DNA of 64,000 nucleotides, from the NCBI RefSeq assembly GCF_004010195.1, contig NC_057717.1, forward strand, positions 101,843,060 to 101,907,059, in the 5' to 3' direction. A program made the position numbers and the translations under genes. Below are positions 61,650 through 64,000 of this stretch, piece by piece. The DNA is from Chiloscyllium plagiosum (lineage: Eukaryota). Each line of letters begins with the position of its first letter. Within the stretch, counting starts at the first letter, position 1. The notes under the pieces were generated by a model that was given only the letters and a program-made list of their open reading frames with translations, was not told the origin of the DNA and ran no database searches.

Positions 61650-62342
61650 CCCACGCAACTGGATCTTGACTTCCTGACCAGACTGCAGCCAGTAAGGATA
61701 GGCAACAGCACCTTCTCCATTATGATCCTCGACATTGGTACCCCGGAGGGCTGCGTACTCAACCCCCTACTAAAACATCTTCTACACTCTCCGCTGTCTG
61801 GCCAAATTCTGCACCAGCTCCAGTTAGAAGTTTGCTGACAACACCATTGTTTGAGATTCGATCTACAATAATGGCAAGACGGCATATAAGGAGATCAAAT
61901 GCATAACTGGTGTAAAGACAACGTTGTCTTCAACATCAGGAAAATGAAGGACCTGGTCATTGACTTCAGGAAGCAGAGTGGAGGGCACGCCCTTGACTGT
62001 ATCGATGGTGCTGAGGTGGAAATGATCGAGAGCATCACATTCCTGGGAGTGACAATCACCAACAATCTGTCCGGGTCCACCCACATCAGTGCAACAGTCA
62101 AGAGATGATAGCAACATCTCTCCTTCCTCAGGAGGCTAATGAAATTTGGCATGTTCATAAGGCTCTCGAATTTTCATGTATGCACTGTAGAAACCATCTT
62201 GATGCATCACAGCATGGTGTGGCAATTTCTCTTCACAGGACAGTGAGAAACTACAGAGTTGTGAGTACAGCCCAGTCCATCTCACGAACCAGCCTGCCAT
62301 CCATTGACTCCAAGTATACTACCTGCTGCCTTGGAAAAGCAC
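61650..62342 (+). mobile_element. Decayed Rex1/Babar-like LINE RT fragment
   Basis: GTPEGCVLNPLL-, KFAD- and NWCKDN..FNIRKMKDLVIDFRK..VEMIESITFLGVTITNNLS-like motifs, typical of Rex1/L2-group RT. Confidence 0.75.
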
Positions 62343-62361
62343 ACAGACAGATCTTTGATTA

Positions 62362-62490
62362 GTCTGTGTGTCGGTCTGTGTGTCGGTCTGTGTGTCGGTC
62401 TGTGTGTCGGTCTGTGTGTCGGTCTGGTCGGTCTGTGTGTCGGTCTGTGTGTCGGTCTGTGTGTCGGTCTGTGTGTCGGTCTGTGTGGTC
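62362..62490. repeat. 12-bp minisatellite (GTCTGTGTGTCG)n
   Basis: About 10 near-perfect tandem copies with one truncated unit. Confidence 0.95.
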
Positions 62491-62842
62491 ACCCTGATGC
62501 ACTTTAATGATGTGCATGTAGAGCACATAGTACAACACTTCCCGTTGTACTTCTATATATGTGATAGTAGTAATAAATCAAAATCACTTATTCAAAGTGT
62601 GAGCATGTTGGTTTTGGGGTGGTTTGTGATGCCGAATGCTTGAATATTGGGCTACTACCCATAATATACACTGTGTACTACTCATGACAACGACTCCGAC
62701 TGCAGTTCCTTTGTCCTTGCAGGGAGAAACTGGTGAAAGGGAGAGAATATGGAATTTCGCGCAAATGAGAAAATGATCAAACTGGAAATTCAGTCCTGAT
62801 TTTCATCACTAATTCTACTTTCTTCCTGATTTTTATCTGCAG

Positions 62843-62892
62843 CTGCAATGAATCTGGCCAAATTGAAACTCTTCAGGCATTTTTATGTCATG
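62843..62892 (+). CDS. GPR108: GPR108 exon 15 (gene continues beyond the window)
   Basis: atctgcag|CT AMNLAKLKLFRHFYVM|gtgggt; 50 nt, phase 1 to 0. Confidence 0.95.
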
Positions 62893-64000
62893 GTGGGTAT
62901 ATGCGCACTGTTACTGTGTGAGGTGTAAATGTTTGTTTAACACGTGGCTTTTGTTTTTCTCCCCCCGGATCCCGCTTGGATCAGTGAGGAAGCTGCCTAA
63001 ACATTGCCGTGCGTGACAGTAGTGTTCAAATCCCTCACGGGCAGACTTTGGTTTTATAAAAAGTGAAGGGTTAGGCCAAGAATTGCCACAAACGTCAATC
63101 CAGCCTTTTGGAAAGCAGGTTTTGTGGTGCATTTTGAGATTGCTACAAATGGTGAGGCTAACCACATCAGGGATGGAGTGATCTACCTTACCAGTGAGAG
63201 GTTATAGAGTTAGTCATTCAGCACTGAAATTAACCCTGCAGTCCAACTCGTCTATGCCGAACATAATTCCAAGCTAAACTAGTCCCAGCTGTCTGTTCCT
63301 GGCCTATTTCCCTCCAAACCTTTAGGAACAAGACTTTTCCCGTTTTGTGGATGCTGTTCCTAGTGAAGTGTATAAAATTCTAAAGAGGGCTTGACAGGGT
63401 AGGTACCAAGAGCCTCTGTTCCATCACGAGGGAGCCTGAAACTAGGAATCTTGCAGTTTCAGGATGGGGAGTTTACCATTTTGAGACAGTTGAAAAAATT
63501 CTCCATTCTTTGAATCTTCGAAATCTGTACTTTCTTGGGTTGTTCAAGTCTGAGATTTATGGATTCCTGGATTTTAAAGCTATCATGGGATTGTGGCGAT
63601 AGTGCAGGTTAGGTGATGAGGTGGGCGATCAACTATGATCCAGTTCAGTGGTGGAGTAGGCTCGATTGGATTAAGTGGCCTAATGCTCCTATTTCCCATG
63701 GTCCCATGTATGTTTCATTAGAATGTATTCGAGTGAAATTGGCAGGTTTTGGACTGAGGAAATGTCAGGTTATGGAACTGGCAGAAAAGTGAAGATCAAC
63801 CATAATTTTGTTCAGTATTGGAGCAGAGCCCATGTTCTCGACACCTTTTCCTATTTCTGTTATGGTTTCCGAAGTAAATGGAATGTAACATTGGAGGACA
63901 GAGACCTGCTATGTTTATTACAAACTTAAATTTTATAAAAATCAGAGAATCATATAGTGCAGAAGAGGCCCTTTTGGTCCATGGTGTCTGCACTGACAAA

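Noticed and set aside
62304-62643. Repetitive ORFs (LCVG)n, (TQTD)n and (VSVC)n
   Set aside because: Translations of the 12-bp minisatellite.

Overview
Vertebrate genomic DNA, almost certainly from a cartilaginous fish (carpet/bamboo-shark-like repeat landscape: HE1 tRNA-SINEs, DeuSINEs, abundant CR1 LINE 3' ends, palindromic Penelope-derived elements), with one 500-N assembly gap (28114-28613). Three intron-containing genes can be read from the sequence. (1) On the minus strand, the 24-nt first coding exon (MEWGSELW) of an F-BAR/CIP4-family gene, most likely TRIP10; the rest runs off the left end. (2) On the minus strand, exons 2 and 3 of a DR1 (NC2-beta) gene, whose exon 1 must lie in the gap. 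(3) On the plus strand, 15 phase-consistent exons (465 codons) of GPR108, running off the right end. DR1 and GPR108 are head-to-head and share a CpG-rich promoter with two ZNF143/Staf sites and a ~41-bp-periodic array of CCAAT/PBX-PREP-like units. Most notable: (a) a DR1 gene on the GPR108-TRIP10 paralogon, where mammals have none (mammalian DR1 sits beside FNBP1L), with its KRRK nuclear-localisation motif changed to ERRK - a candidate retained, diverged ohnolog; (b) many minimal hammerhead-ribozyme motifs (CUGANGA+1 nt, stem II, GAAA, loop-less palindromic stem III) in three families of palindromic Penelope-type elements; (c) a furin-type RRKR site in shark GPR108; (d) complex local inverted/direct duplications and multi-layer nested insertions in a Gypsy LTR. 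Most ORFs in the supplied track are repeat-derived or spurious. Repeat boundaries are approximate, and reference protein comparisons are from memory.
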